In this document: piece by piece, positions 29,531 to 40,788 of the stretch
How the letters are laid out: each line of letters starts with the position of its first letter
Numbering within the stretch: the first letter of the stretch is position 1
Assembly (NCBI RefSeq): GCF_009914755.1
Contig: NC_060938.1
Length of the DNA: 64,000 nt
Direction: 5' to 3' (one strand)
Origin: the human T2T-CHM13v2.0 reference genome, Homo sapiens
The notes under the pieces: generated by a model
The model's database searches: none
Told to the model about the DNA's origin: nothing
What the model saw: only the letters and a program-made list of their open reading frames with translations
Position numbers and translations under genes: made by a program

Positions 29531-30309
29531 ATCCATGTAAGCTGGAGACCAATAGAAACAGAAGATGATGGTGAAGAGGAATGAAGAGGCCTAGCAAGGA
29601 CCATACCACATCAGGCCCCTTCCTCCACTGGCCCTGCAAAGTTCATCCCGATCCTGAGATCTCCAGGCCCCAAGAAATGAAAGCTGAAGGAATCAACACA
29701 AAACCATCCAACTTAGATATCTTCTTAGCTTTAGGACTTCCTGTAACTGTGGGACAAATGGAACCCAATCAAGGCCTTAGAGTGTTCCTCAGTCTAGTCA
29801 AGGGAATAACCATTTGTGGATTCAATAGACCAGACTGTGATAAGCTCTGAAGATGCACTGATGAAGCAGGTCTGGTTCCCCCTCGGGAGTGACACACAGA
29901 AAGGTATATGAGATCAGTATCTAAGTGTAAGCAAAGGGTTTGGGGACTTATGAACACTGCCTAATGGTTATGGAGTCAGACATCTCAGATCTGTTTCAAA
30001 TGACCGCAGTTTCACACAGGATAAAATGAACCCATGGAACATATTGCTCCTAAGAAAAAATGCTAGCTAGAAGGATAAGAATTATGTGTAAAAAACCCAA
30101 AATATTGGGATTAACTTCAAGGTAATCTAGAGTGGCTACAAGAAAGCATGATGCTGTTCATTGATTCATGAACGAAAGTATTGGTCGAGTACTTACTATG
30201 TGCCCATCACAGTTGTAGGTTCTTTGAAGATCATTTCTGCCTGGATGCATTCTCAAATTTATTGAGTGCCAAATGTGTGTCACATTCCATTCTAGCTGCT
30301 GGAGATTTA

Positions 30310-30972
30310 ATATTTAATATTACATCTCTCACCTGGACTACTGCAACAGCTGCCAACCTTGCTCCACCCCTTATAATCTACTCTCCACAAAACAGCCGGA
30401 AAGTCTCTTTAAAATGTAAATCAGATAGATCATGCAATTCTTTGTATCCTCTCTCTTTCTGTGGCACCCCACCCCCTACTGACTTCTCATCTAGCTTCTA
30501 ACTTGCTGACCTTTCAAATCTCCTACCATTTTGTTTTGCTCCACCCATACTCCACTCCAACTCAGATGAAATACTTTGAAGTTTCTAGAACAGGCAAGCA
30601 TGTGTCTTAGGACTTTTGCATCTACTGTTCTCTCTACTTGAAACAACCTTACCCTAAATATCCACATAGGTCACTTTTAGATTTCATTCAGGCCTTAGAT
30701 GCCCCCTCTCTGAGAGGCTTTCCCCCGCCCATCTTATCTAAAGGCAATCTCCCCCTCCAGTACTCTCTTGTAACATCACTTTTCGTTTTCTTTACAGCCC
30801 ATATTCACTTGATGAAATCATCATTGTTTTTGTTTGCTTTTTTACTAGTTTATCATAGAATATATACTCCATAGTAGCAGGAATCTGGTCCCTTTTGTTC
30901 ACCACAGTATTCCCAGTGCCTTGGCTAGTGCTGGCAGAGGGAGTACTCAGTAAGTATTTGCTGAGTGGATGC
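30310..30972 (+). mobile_element. L2 LINE 3' region
   Basis: tctctcacctggactactgcaacagc..gtattcccagtgcct..ctcagtaagtatttgctgagtggatg. Confidence 0.75.
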
Positions 30973-32869
30973 AAAATGACTCTACAGGAGTTTTCATTAA
31001 GTGATTCTGGAAAGATGCATCTAGGAAGAGACTTCAAACTTCCTGGCAAGCCTTAGGGTAGAGAGGTATATGGTTAAAGCCAATGACCTCAGAGTTCAGA
31101 GAGTTTTGTTCATTCTCAAGAACCAATGGGACCACATAGTGTTGGGACAGAAGTCGTGAGTCTAATTCTAAACACGGCCCCTTCTCCCAGTCTTAGTCCT
31201 CTCATTAGCACCTCACTTTTCCTTCAGAGTATGGCATAATGATAATCAGCATTTATACTGCATCATTCATTCAATAAATATTAAGCAATGCTATGTGCCA
31301 GGGGTTTACAAAGAACTTCTCACTCACAGGATCTTATTTAATCCTTCTTATGAGGATGATCATACAGAAGAAGAAATTGGGGCTCATTTATTGCTGAGTG
31401 TTGCTATGCCAATAAATAATGGAGCCAGAACCAAACCTTCGTGCTGTGAATGCCAGAGGTCTCCTTTCAGCAGGCTGAAGGAGTGTGTCATGTCGGGAAG
31501 GACCAAGAGGAAGCATCCCCTGCAACTGAAAGGAAGTCAGGGCTGGAGTCAAAGGAGCAAGAATCCCAGGGCAGCCTGAGGCCAACATCGTTCCTGCCCT
31601 TCCCTGTTGCCAAGAGAGAACCACCTGGGCTCTATCTTCTGAGGTTACCCATGGGGGAGGCTGACATCCTTCTGCCCTGTTGCAAGGCCATCAAGGGATG
31701 CTGGTGATCAGCCTCCTTTATGTACATATTTCTCAGGCTATTCTCCAGAAGCCAGATGTATTTTAATGCCATTTAATTTATTTTAATTTTTTAAATGTTG
31801 AAATATGGAATTAAATCATATCATTGCCTGATTGAAGAACAAATAAAACCTGGCGAGCAGTCAAAGTCATCTCTCTGAGACAAGTCTGGGTAGTTCTTTT
31901 GTATAATCAACTCTAGGGATGCTCTGGGTCCTCCTATTACAAGGGGGTGCTAGGAGCAGATTCCTCAGACTCCCAGCAGATCTAGCTACTGCCTTCACAG
32001 ATGTGCTCCTCCATAATGATTTCCCCTTGAGGTTGATTCCTCTATTAGTTTCTTTTCAGGGGCTAAAAGGCATTGGCTCAAGAGGATTCTTCCTGTCTCA
32101 CTGGGGAGAGAGTACAGTGGTATGTTTGGGGTAGGTGGAGCATCTAGAAAGCCACTGAGCAGAGTGGTTTTACTAGACTCTCAACAGAATCTACATGGCT
32201 CTAAACACATCTTTTCTGGGGGCTCTATGAAAGGCAGAAGTGCAGGAGTTGAGATAGGATGTCTGGAACATTTGGGAGCCTAGAGCACTACTAGTCATTC
32301 TGCGAATGCCCTAGAATACTGCAGTGGGAGCTGACTGGTGGCTGCACATTGAGGAGTGCCAACCTGGGGCCCTTGAGGCACTCTAACCAGTTTAGGGCAC
32401 CTTACTGGCTGGACAGCTGAGTTGACTGGCCAAGTTGATCTCTAGAGACTCAATGTGATAACAGATACACTAGAGGCTTCAAGTTACAGCTGGAAGGTCC
32501 TGAAATGAAAGATACTGTCAGCACTAAAAGTATTCTTAGCAGGAGACAATCTGTATGCTATGAAACAAGACTCACAGAATACAGAATTGTCAGGTCAGGG
32601 AGGAGCATAAAAGTCAACACATCCAACACAAACTCTTTTGATGGATAAGGAATCCAAGGCCCAGAGAACAGAGGTGAGTCTTACCTGTGGTTGTCAGAAG
32701 TGATAAGAATTAGAACATAACCTTTTATCACCAATTCATTGCCTCCTCTATGACACCATTTTCCTGTCCCTGGTTTGAATTTTGACTCCACCACTGTCTT
32801 ATTTTAGGAAATAGTATAGATCCCCTTTCTTGACCTTGTTTCACCTGCTTCATGGGTGAGGGAGTATAT

Positions 32870-33900
32870 TCATTTATTCACTCCATTTTTTCATTGAACA
32901 CCTACCGTATTTCAGGCATCATGTGACATAGAGTGGGAGACAGAAAAAGCACTTGCTCCAGGAGGGATGGTAAGCCACACGCAAAAAAAAAAAAAAAAGT
33001 GCATTTCAGAAAGTGTAAAGGGCTAATGAAAAACAGATGTCACATTATTAAAATTCACAGGAGGAAGGGACAGCTTCTCCATAAAGCCTTCCCATCAGGC
33101 AGAGGCATTTGAATTGAACACTGAAGAACAAGGACAAGTCTTAGGGGAAGGTAAACTGTGAACAAATGCACAAAAGCAGAAAGGGCAAGGAAACTGTAAA
33201 AAGTGAGGCTAGATATGGAGTGGGGCACCAGCTCATACAGGGCCTTGAATACAAGGAACTGCAAAAAATGGAATGCCCTTCAAAGTTTTTTGTGCAGAAA
33301 AATGATAAGTTTACAAGGGCATTTTAGGAGGTGAATCTTGTAACTGATGAAAATGAATTGAAAGAGGAAAAGGTTGAAGTTGGGAAGATGGCAGAAAGCT
33401 GTTTTTTACAGTATAATAATAGTAAGTACTTCGTACAGTCATGGTAAGGATTAAATGGGAAAATCAACGTAAAGCACTTTGCAACAGAGTAGCTGACAGA
33501 TGGTAAACACACACACATTATTATTATTTTTATACAAGAGGTGATAAAATCTGCACTTGGGTAGTGGTGTTTGGGATGAAGAAGAGGGGCATGGGCTTAT
33601 AAAATACATCAAGCAATACTTGGGGAACAAGGGAGAGGAGTTCAAATATAAACTTGGAGGTTTCGAGCCAGGGTGACTGGAAGTTTGTTGGTGCCATCAA
33701 GAGAAAGTGGGAAGTCAGGAGGAGAAGCTCCTAAGGACAAAGATGATGTCAGGTTAGTAAAAATTCAGGAGGAGTTAACAGGACATCTTGTTGGAGATAC
33801 TGTGCACACGGCTGGAAACAAGACACCCAGCTTGGAGAGCTAGAGTCACAGACTCTGGGAACTATCCACACTGCAGTAACAGCACAAACCATTCAGGGAG
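32870..33900 (-). mobile_element. L2 fragments with an internal MIR piece
   Basis: tcatttattca..ttgaacacctac..; gggtgactggaag..ggtgccatca..gggaagtcaggaggagaagc. Confidence 0.55.
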
Positions 33901-35208
33901 ACTGCCAAGGGATAATGGAGAAAGGAAAAATTGGGAGAGAGGAGAGAATCTTGGAGTGGAAGTGGAAGAGGGGCCATGTAGAGGTAGTGAGACCTAGAGA
34001 GCTCTGTGTGAAAGAAGCTGAAAGAGGAAAGACTTAAGGAGCTAATGGTCAATATTATCTGGTGCAGGGAGAGAGAGAGAGAAAGAAAGAGGGAGGACAG
34101 CGGGCAGCTCTTTGGAATAAGTCATTATATTTTGGGGAATGAGCAGTCCTTGTTGGATGAGACTTGGGGAGAAGGTGGAGAAAAGTGGGAAGTGAGTGGA
34201 TGAGTGATGAGAAAATAGGGACAAATGATTAAAATCTCAAGAGTTTGTTGAAGGCATGATGGGGAAAGAGTATAATGGGGAAAAGGAATTAGAGAAGTGA
34301 TATTCTTTTTAAGATGGAGTTTGTGGAGGGAGAGGATTCTGTGTTGAAGAAGAAAGACACTTCAGATAAGAGATGGAACTGGGGCAGTTTACCAAAGTAA
34401 GGCAAGGGTGAGCTCCTGGGCACTGTGCAGGAAATGAAGGGTTTTGTTTCTGTTCGTTTGTTTTTCACTCTAAGATTAGTGACAGGGAAGGATGAGGAAC
34501 CCAGTGGAGAAATCAGGGTGCAAAGGAAGAATGCTGACGAAGCTCACACTGTTTGGTTTCATTCTTTTGGACTTCGAGGTCCTCTCCTGTCTAGTGATTT
34601 GGAAATTATCACATGGAAGCCATGGCAGGAGCACAGCTTTTGGTCCTACTTCCAGATCTAGTCCCCACATGACCCAGCATTCCTGCACACAACTAGGAAA
34701 GCCCTATTTGTCCTTCCAAATATCAAGGCAGTAAATGCTATTTGGTCTGTTCCAAATTACATATAGATGAAACAGAGCTGTTTTCTTCTTATTAGATATG
34801 ATTCTGTATGCCATATCCAAGTACCCTGGATTCTAGAATTAGCTTTTATTCACTCACCATATTATTTTTAAATACTCACGTACATACACATGTGAGTCTC
34901 CTGTCTAGATGTCTTGCTCTATAGTCTCCATGGACCTAAATTCTAACCCTTCCAGGCTCCTTCTTCAGGCCTGTCTCAGCCTTCACGGATCTCTCCATCT
35001 CAAATCTTTGAGAGTTTGCTTTGCTCTGCAGTTCAATTGGCCAGGAAATATGTCTCACACTCTGTGGAGCCCTTTCTCTTTTCCCCTAAGGCATCTGCCC
35101 AGTGTTGAGTTTAGAGGGCCCATTCAAAACACAAATGGACAACCAAACATAAACCAATCTCATTAGAGAAAATTAGTGAAACTTTTTCCTAGAAGGGTAT
35201 CTCTGGTT

Positions 35209-35662
35209 TGTCTGGAGACCTAATTAGGGAAAAGAGGTCAGGCTGGCAGGACCAGAGGAAAGCAAAAAGAGAAAGCAGATAAGCTATAAGTCTGCCTGTT
35301 TTCATGGTCCAGGACACATAGTCCTCCTGTGCAAATAATTCACAATCTTCCTGTACCCAGCTATCACCAGACCATCGGCTGATAGAAAAGTGCAAGTTAA
35401 CTCACTGCAACCTTGGCATTATCAGTGCTGCACATAGCTTTCTCCAGCACAAGCTCCATCCTATAAAGCCCCCAGCAAGCCTTTGTCTCCTTGCAGTCAG
35501 CTCTTTCTTCTCTTGCTGACCTGCCTGTTGCTTCACTGCAATCTATCTTCACATGTTCTCTAATAAATCTGCCTTTTATTTTCTTTTTTACCTACAACTG
35601 TCTTGGTAAATTCTTTTTACCTCCCACGCGACATTGGACCCAAATAGTCGCTACCCATGAGA
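35209..35662 (+). mobile_element. ERV1 solo LTR (MER83-like)
   Basis: LTR architecture with TATAAA (35462-35467), AATAAA (35562-35567) and tcttggtaaattcttttac U5 motif; subfamily from recalled consensus. Confidence 0.65.
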
Positions 35663-35789
35663 GTCTGTACATTGAAACAGAAAGAAGAAACCCCCGCCCT
35701 CACCTTCATAGACTGCCGGGACCATACACCTGGGTTTCTATACAGCTTCCTCTTTACCTTCCTCTCTCTCCCACTTTCCAGTTTCAGTA

Positions 35790-36373
35790 TACTATCTAAA
35801 ATGCAAGTCTGACCTTTCAAATCAGTAGTCAACATTTTCCTAACCCCGTGCTGGAAACTCAGTGGAAATTCTTAGCATGGAGTACAAGCCCTTTAAGGTT
35901 TGACCCTATGCCTTCTCCACACTCAACTCCCCACTGCATTTTAATCTCTGTCTTCAGTCATTTGAAAGAGCTCTTATCCATGTTAGGTCTTTACATACGA
36001 ATCCCTTCACTCATAACACTTTCTCCCTCCACTCTCCTCTCCTCTTTACTTCCTCTCCTCTTTTCTTTCACCAAAGCTAACTCCTACCTATCCTCCCTTT
36101 CTGGGCTTAGCTGTCCCTACAAGTCCTCATTAAGCCCATAGGAAGAGGTGCTCCTCCTATATGCTTCCATTATCATGGGGTTTACCCTCTACTGGCATAA
36201 ATCACTTTATACAGTAATTGTCCATTCACTAGCTGGTTATCCTTGCTGGAATGTGTGTTTATGAGGAAAGAGGCCATTCTATTTTATTTGCCTCTGTACT
36301 TAGCACATGCCTGTCAGAGTAGGTGGCTGTTGAATATTTATTGCATCAATGGCTAGCTGAATGAATAAATGAA
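35790..36373 (+). mobile_element. L2 3' region
   Basis: aaaatgcaagtctgac..ttagcacatgcctg..agtaggtg..tgaatgaataaatgaatg. Confidence 0.65.
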
Positions 36374-36433
36374 TGCTTTTTCTTTTGGAGTTCAATGTTT
36401 TTCTGAGCCTCAGCACATATTTGAACCTCTTAG

Positions 36434-36786
<353 letters not shown>

Positions 36787-37519
36787 TATTCCTTTCTTTT
36801 TATCTAATCTCAATAGTTTGAAAAGAAGTCCAGATGTGTGACACATTTCCCAAATCCTGATCATGGGCAATGACTGAATCATGCAGGCTGGGGAACATGC
36901 CTACTATCAGTGCCCATAAGTAATATCAACAACTGTGCCCAGAGAATGCAAGAGGAACCATCCTGCACAGGCAAAGGGCAGGGCCAGGGCAAGAGGACAA
37001 CCTATCGGCTTTAGGGTCCCATCCCCTGGGGGAGCACAGGGCATGGGAATAGTTTTAACAGGGTCAGTTCAGTAAGCATATTCTCCCTTCTCCGACCAGG
37101 AAGCTGTAGGTGGCAGTGTAAAGGAGAGCTCAGAAGAGCAGGAACAGAGAAGGAAAGAATGTAATTGTTCCTCCAATTCCACTCATTCAACCAACATTTA
37201 CTGGGCACCTATCCCATGCCGGGCACAGTGCTAGGCCTTGGGGACACAGTTTCCTCCCTTTGTGGAGTCTGTTATCTAGAGGTGTGCCTGGCATTACTTA
37301 ATCACATACATAAATTTAATGGGCGTCTTTAAATTACTTCAAAAATATAAGTTCAGATTATGAGTGTTTATGAGAAAAGGGTCCATTCTATTTTATTTGC
37401 ATCTGGACTTAGCACATGCCTGACAGAGTAGGTGGCTGTTGAATATTTATTGAATAAATGGCTAACCGAATGAATAAACAAATATTTTTCTTTTGGAGTC
37501 CAATGGACTCCACGGCCAA

Positions 37520-37887
37520 ATATGGCTTGGCTGTGTCCCCACCCAAATCTCATCTTGAATTGTAGTTCCTATAATCCCTACGTGTCCTGGGAGGAAGCCA
37601 GGGAAGTAATTGAATCATGGGGGCAGTAACCCCCATGCTGCTGTTCTTGTGACAGTGAGTTCTCACAAGATCTGATGGCTTTGTAAGGGGCTTTTCCCCC
37701 TTTTTTTCGTCACTTCTTGCTGCCGCCATGTGAAGAAGGACATGTTTGCTTCCCCTTCCACCATGATTGTAAACTTCCTAAGGCCTCCCCAGCCCTGTGG
37801 AACTGTGACTCTATTAAACCTCTTTCCTTTATAAATTACCCAGTCTTGGGTATGTCTTTATTACCAGTGTGAGAACGGACTAATACA
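37520..37887 (+). mobile_element. THE1 (THE1C-like) MaLR solo LTR
   Basis: atatggcttggctgtgtccccacccaaatctcatcttgaattgtag..ggactaataca. Confidence 0.9.
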
Positions 37888-38770
37888 GGTGTATAATAAG
37901 CAGGGATGTGGCCTAGTCAGGGAGAATATGAAAGGCTTCCTTGAGGAAGTAACTAGTGAGCTGAGAGCTGAAGCTTGAGTAGGAGTACTTTAGGAGTATG
38001 TTGGAAGAAGAATAAAGCATTCCAAGTGGAGGAAACTGCATGAATGGCCTTCCCTTCTCCATCAAGTTAAAGAAAGAACCACTTCAACCAAGTTCAGTTC
38101 TATAGGCCTTATCTGCTTCTTCTCAACCCAGTATCTACATTTCATTTAAAGAAAAAGGAGGCTACAAAGTGGACTTGTGTGTGGGGACTGCTGCTGGGCA
38201 TTGTAGATTGCAATGAGGGGCTGGGTTGATCAGTCCACATCTAGTTACCCTAAGCTTTGACCATCAGCCATCCTCCTTTGGAGACCTGCAATGCATGAAG
38301 GGGCAGGTTCCTCTCAAACTTGGATCCAGCCAGTGACGCCAGCAAAAAGAAGCCCCAGCCCGAAGCCAAGAGCCCATAAAGGGTGAACTGATCCCCCTAT
38401 TTCAGGAAGAGCATGGCGCAGCAGCTATATTTGAAAATCGAGGTAAACAAGAGCTCAGCTCAAGTGGATGGGGCACGACAGCTGTGGAAGATTAATCACA
38501 CGCCGCTGCAAGTCACCGGGTCGCCAGGGGCCGAGGAGGCTTCCCTTTTGGTGCCCCACCGGAAGGCCGGATGTGTTCCTATCACGTACCCACATTCCAC
38601 CCCCGCTCAACTCCCTCCTCCCCCCACCCCCTTCGGGTGTTTCTTGACCACCCAGGAGCTTGGCTGCGCCTGCTGCAGTCTGCGTTTCTGATAAATTGAA
38701 ACCAGTTTTAATTCTTCTGCCCGGGAGACCTAACCGCCGAATGCGTTCGGAGGTATGTTTTTTAATCGCC

Positions 38771-38780
38771 AGGAAAGGGG

Positions 38781-38813
<33 letters not shown>

Positions 38814-38878
38814 GAAAGGAGGAGAGAAGAGAAGAGAAGCGGGGGGCGGGGGGAGAGAGAGAGAGAGAGAGAAGGAAG
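38771..38878. repeat. GA-rich polypurine tract / (GA)n microsatellite
   Basis: Read directly. Confidence 0.9.
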
Positions 38879-39119
38879 CTGCGATGAGCGGGTAAATTTA
38901 TGGTACTGCATTAAAGGCATTTCTTCTATTTAACCCCACCCCGCCACCACCACCACTACCACACCGTTAAAAATAAAATACAATGAATTAAGACGAAGAA
39001 CTGCTTTTTTCCCCGGAGCAAATTGCTTTCATCATCTTTCCCAGTGGCTCGGGTCCTCTGGGCAGGTCAGCCAGGGCCTGTAGGAGCAGCAGCGCTAGCC
39101 TCTGAATCAGGGCTTTGAC

Positions 39120-39158
39120 TGTGTGTGTGTGTGTGTGTGTCCGCGCGCGCGTGTGTGT
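39120..39158. repeat. (TG)n-(CG)n-(TG)n microsatellite
   Basis: Read directly. Confidence 0.9.
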
Positions 39159-39878
39159 TGGGGGATCGGGGGAGGGTTAGTTATATATTTCGATTCTCTC
39201 CACCGAGTCCCGGATCACGCAGACCACCAGGGGCTGGAGAGTGCAGCACTGGAGAAACCCTCCTTCTCCCTCGCCCCCTTGGCCCCAGCGGTGGGTGCTC
39301 TGGGGCTGCAGCTCCCGACCCGCGGCGGTGGAGTCCCGAGATTGGGGTGAGCGCGTGCGTGCGTATGTGCACGCGGGCGCGCGCCGAGTGGATAACGCGC
39401 TTCCCTGCTAGCCCCCAAACCCGGCGGACACTCACAGCACCAGAAGCACAACACGCCCTGGCCCAGGTGGCACACATATGCCGACATGCATCCAGCACAC
39501 ACAACACAGCAGTCAGTCTCCCCAAACAGCACCCGCTACCAACCCAGCATGCTCACGATCCAACTGTACCCACCTGCCCAGGCATCTCTCTCTGCCCCTC
39601 CCCACCCGGCGGCACCCTCCTGTAGACACCCACTCTGCCAGATCTGCCCCCCCAACACTGCATACACAATGTACACTTTCCGGGGCACCCTCACCCCACT
39701 TCTCCTGGCACTAAATCCACAGGAAGGCGGTTCATATGAATGATCTTGAGAAATAACTTAACCCCGTTACTCACAATCAGGGATCCTCTTAGGGGCATCC
39801 CAAGCCCCCCAACCTCTACCTCCCATGTCTCGGCTGCCCGCTAAGGGGGAAGGGCAGGAGGCTCACCCCATTACTCAC

Positions 39879-40574
39879 CGTTTCCTCTCGGCCTCCCGAG
39901 CGCAGTGGGCAAGGGAGGGGGGTGAGGAAGGTACGCGATGCCCCCGCCGCCCGGCGCCTCACCGGTCGCAGCGGCTCATCGCCCCCGCGGGCTGCCCGCC
40001 GGCCGCAGCCGCGTCCGGGGCATGTCAGTCCGCCGCCGCCGCCCTCCCGCCGGGGTTCGTGGGCTCGCAGCTGTCAGGGAGCTGCGGGGCAGCGCATCTG
40101 GAGCGCGGGGTCTGGGAGGGAGGGTGTCTGGGGCCAGGGCGAGGGGCCCCGGGAGGGGTCCTTCCGCGCGGATTTCAGAAAGAGGGAAACCCCGACCCAG
40201 AGCGGTGACTGGAATCTACGCCCGGGAGAGGCCCGGAGTCCCGGCCGCGGGCGGCGGGGGATTCCTGCAGGAAGGGGCAGGAAGGCAAGCAGCCCGGCGC
40301 GCCCTGGCGGCTCCGAGGGACCTGGGCTCGGGCTTGCGGTCGCGTCGCCTGGGCTTTCCCTGGGCTGGGAGCGCGCCGGGTCTCCACCTTGCACGCTGTC
40401 ACCGCGGGAGACGTCTCGGCCTCGCCGCGCGCAGAGGGGACGCGCGGAGAGGCTGGTTTCTGGGCGAGCGGAGAGCTTTGCCCATTAAGCTGCCGGAAGA
40501 AGCCAAATCAAAAAGCCAATCTCCAAGCCTCCACACGGAACGTCACCCTATCAGCTGGGAGACAGCGCCGCACT
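39879..40574 (-). other. SLC8A3: SLC8A3 non-coding exon 1 (5'UTR); TSS approximate
   Basis: Strong donor ACG|GTGAGT at 39879/39878 inside the CpG island. TATA-like GATAAATAT at 40591-40599 and Inr-like TCAGT about 25 nt downstream. A second possible donor CCG|GTGAGG lies at 39963/39962. Confidence 0.72.
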
Positions 40575-40581
40575 GACTGAC
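40574..40581 (-). promoter_or_regulatory. Tandem GTCA doublet (DRE site for DREAM/KChIP3) overlapping an Inr-like sequence
   Basis: GTCAGTCA immediately downstream of the TATA-like box. NCX3 is a known DREAM-repressed gene with a DRE doublet in this position. Confidence 0.6.
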
Positions 40582-40590
40582 AAGCCGCGC

Positions 40591-40599
40591 ATATTTATC
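40591..40599 (-). promoter_or_regulatory. TATA-like box (GATAAATAT)
   Basis: Short AT-rich element embedded in GC-rich DNA, about 25 nt upstream of an Inr-like motif. Confidence 0.65.
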
Positions 40600-40657
40600 C
40601 TCGCGCGCGGAGGGGAGACTCTCAGAACGCTCCTCGACCAGCAGCGAGGAAGTCGAG

Positions 40658-40685
40658 CCCGCATCCCGCATCCCGCATCCCGCAT
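40658..40685. repeat. (CCCGCAT)x4 heptamer tandem repeat in the core promoter
   Basis: Four perfect copies read directly. Confidence 0.9.
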
Positions 40686-40780
40686 CCAGAGCCCCCGAGG
40701 GACGAATTCAGATCCAACCCCTGCCCCGCGGCCACCCACCCCAGTCGTTGGAGCCTGGCGCCCGCGCCTCCCGGCCGGCA

Positions 40781-40788
40781 GCACGTCA
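40781..40788 (-). promoter_or_regulatory. CRE-like element TGACGTGC
   Basis: About 200 bp upstream of the inferred TSS. The NCX3 promoter is known to respond to cAMP/Ca2+ through a CRE. Confidence 0.6.
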
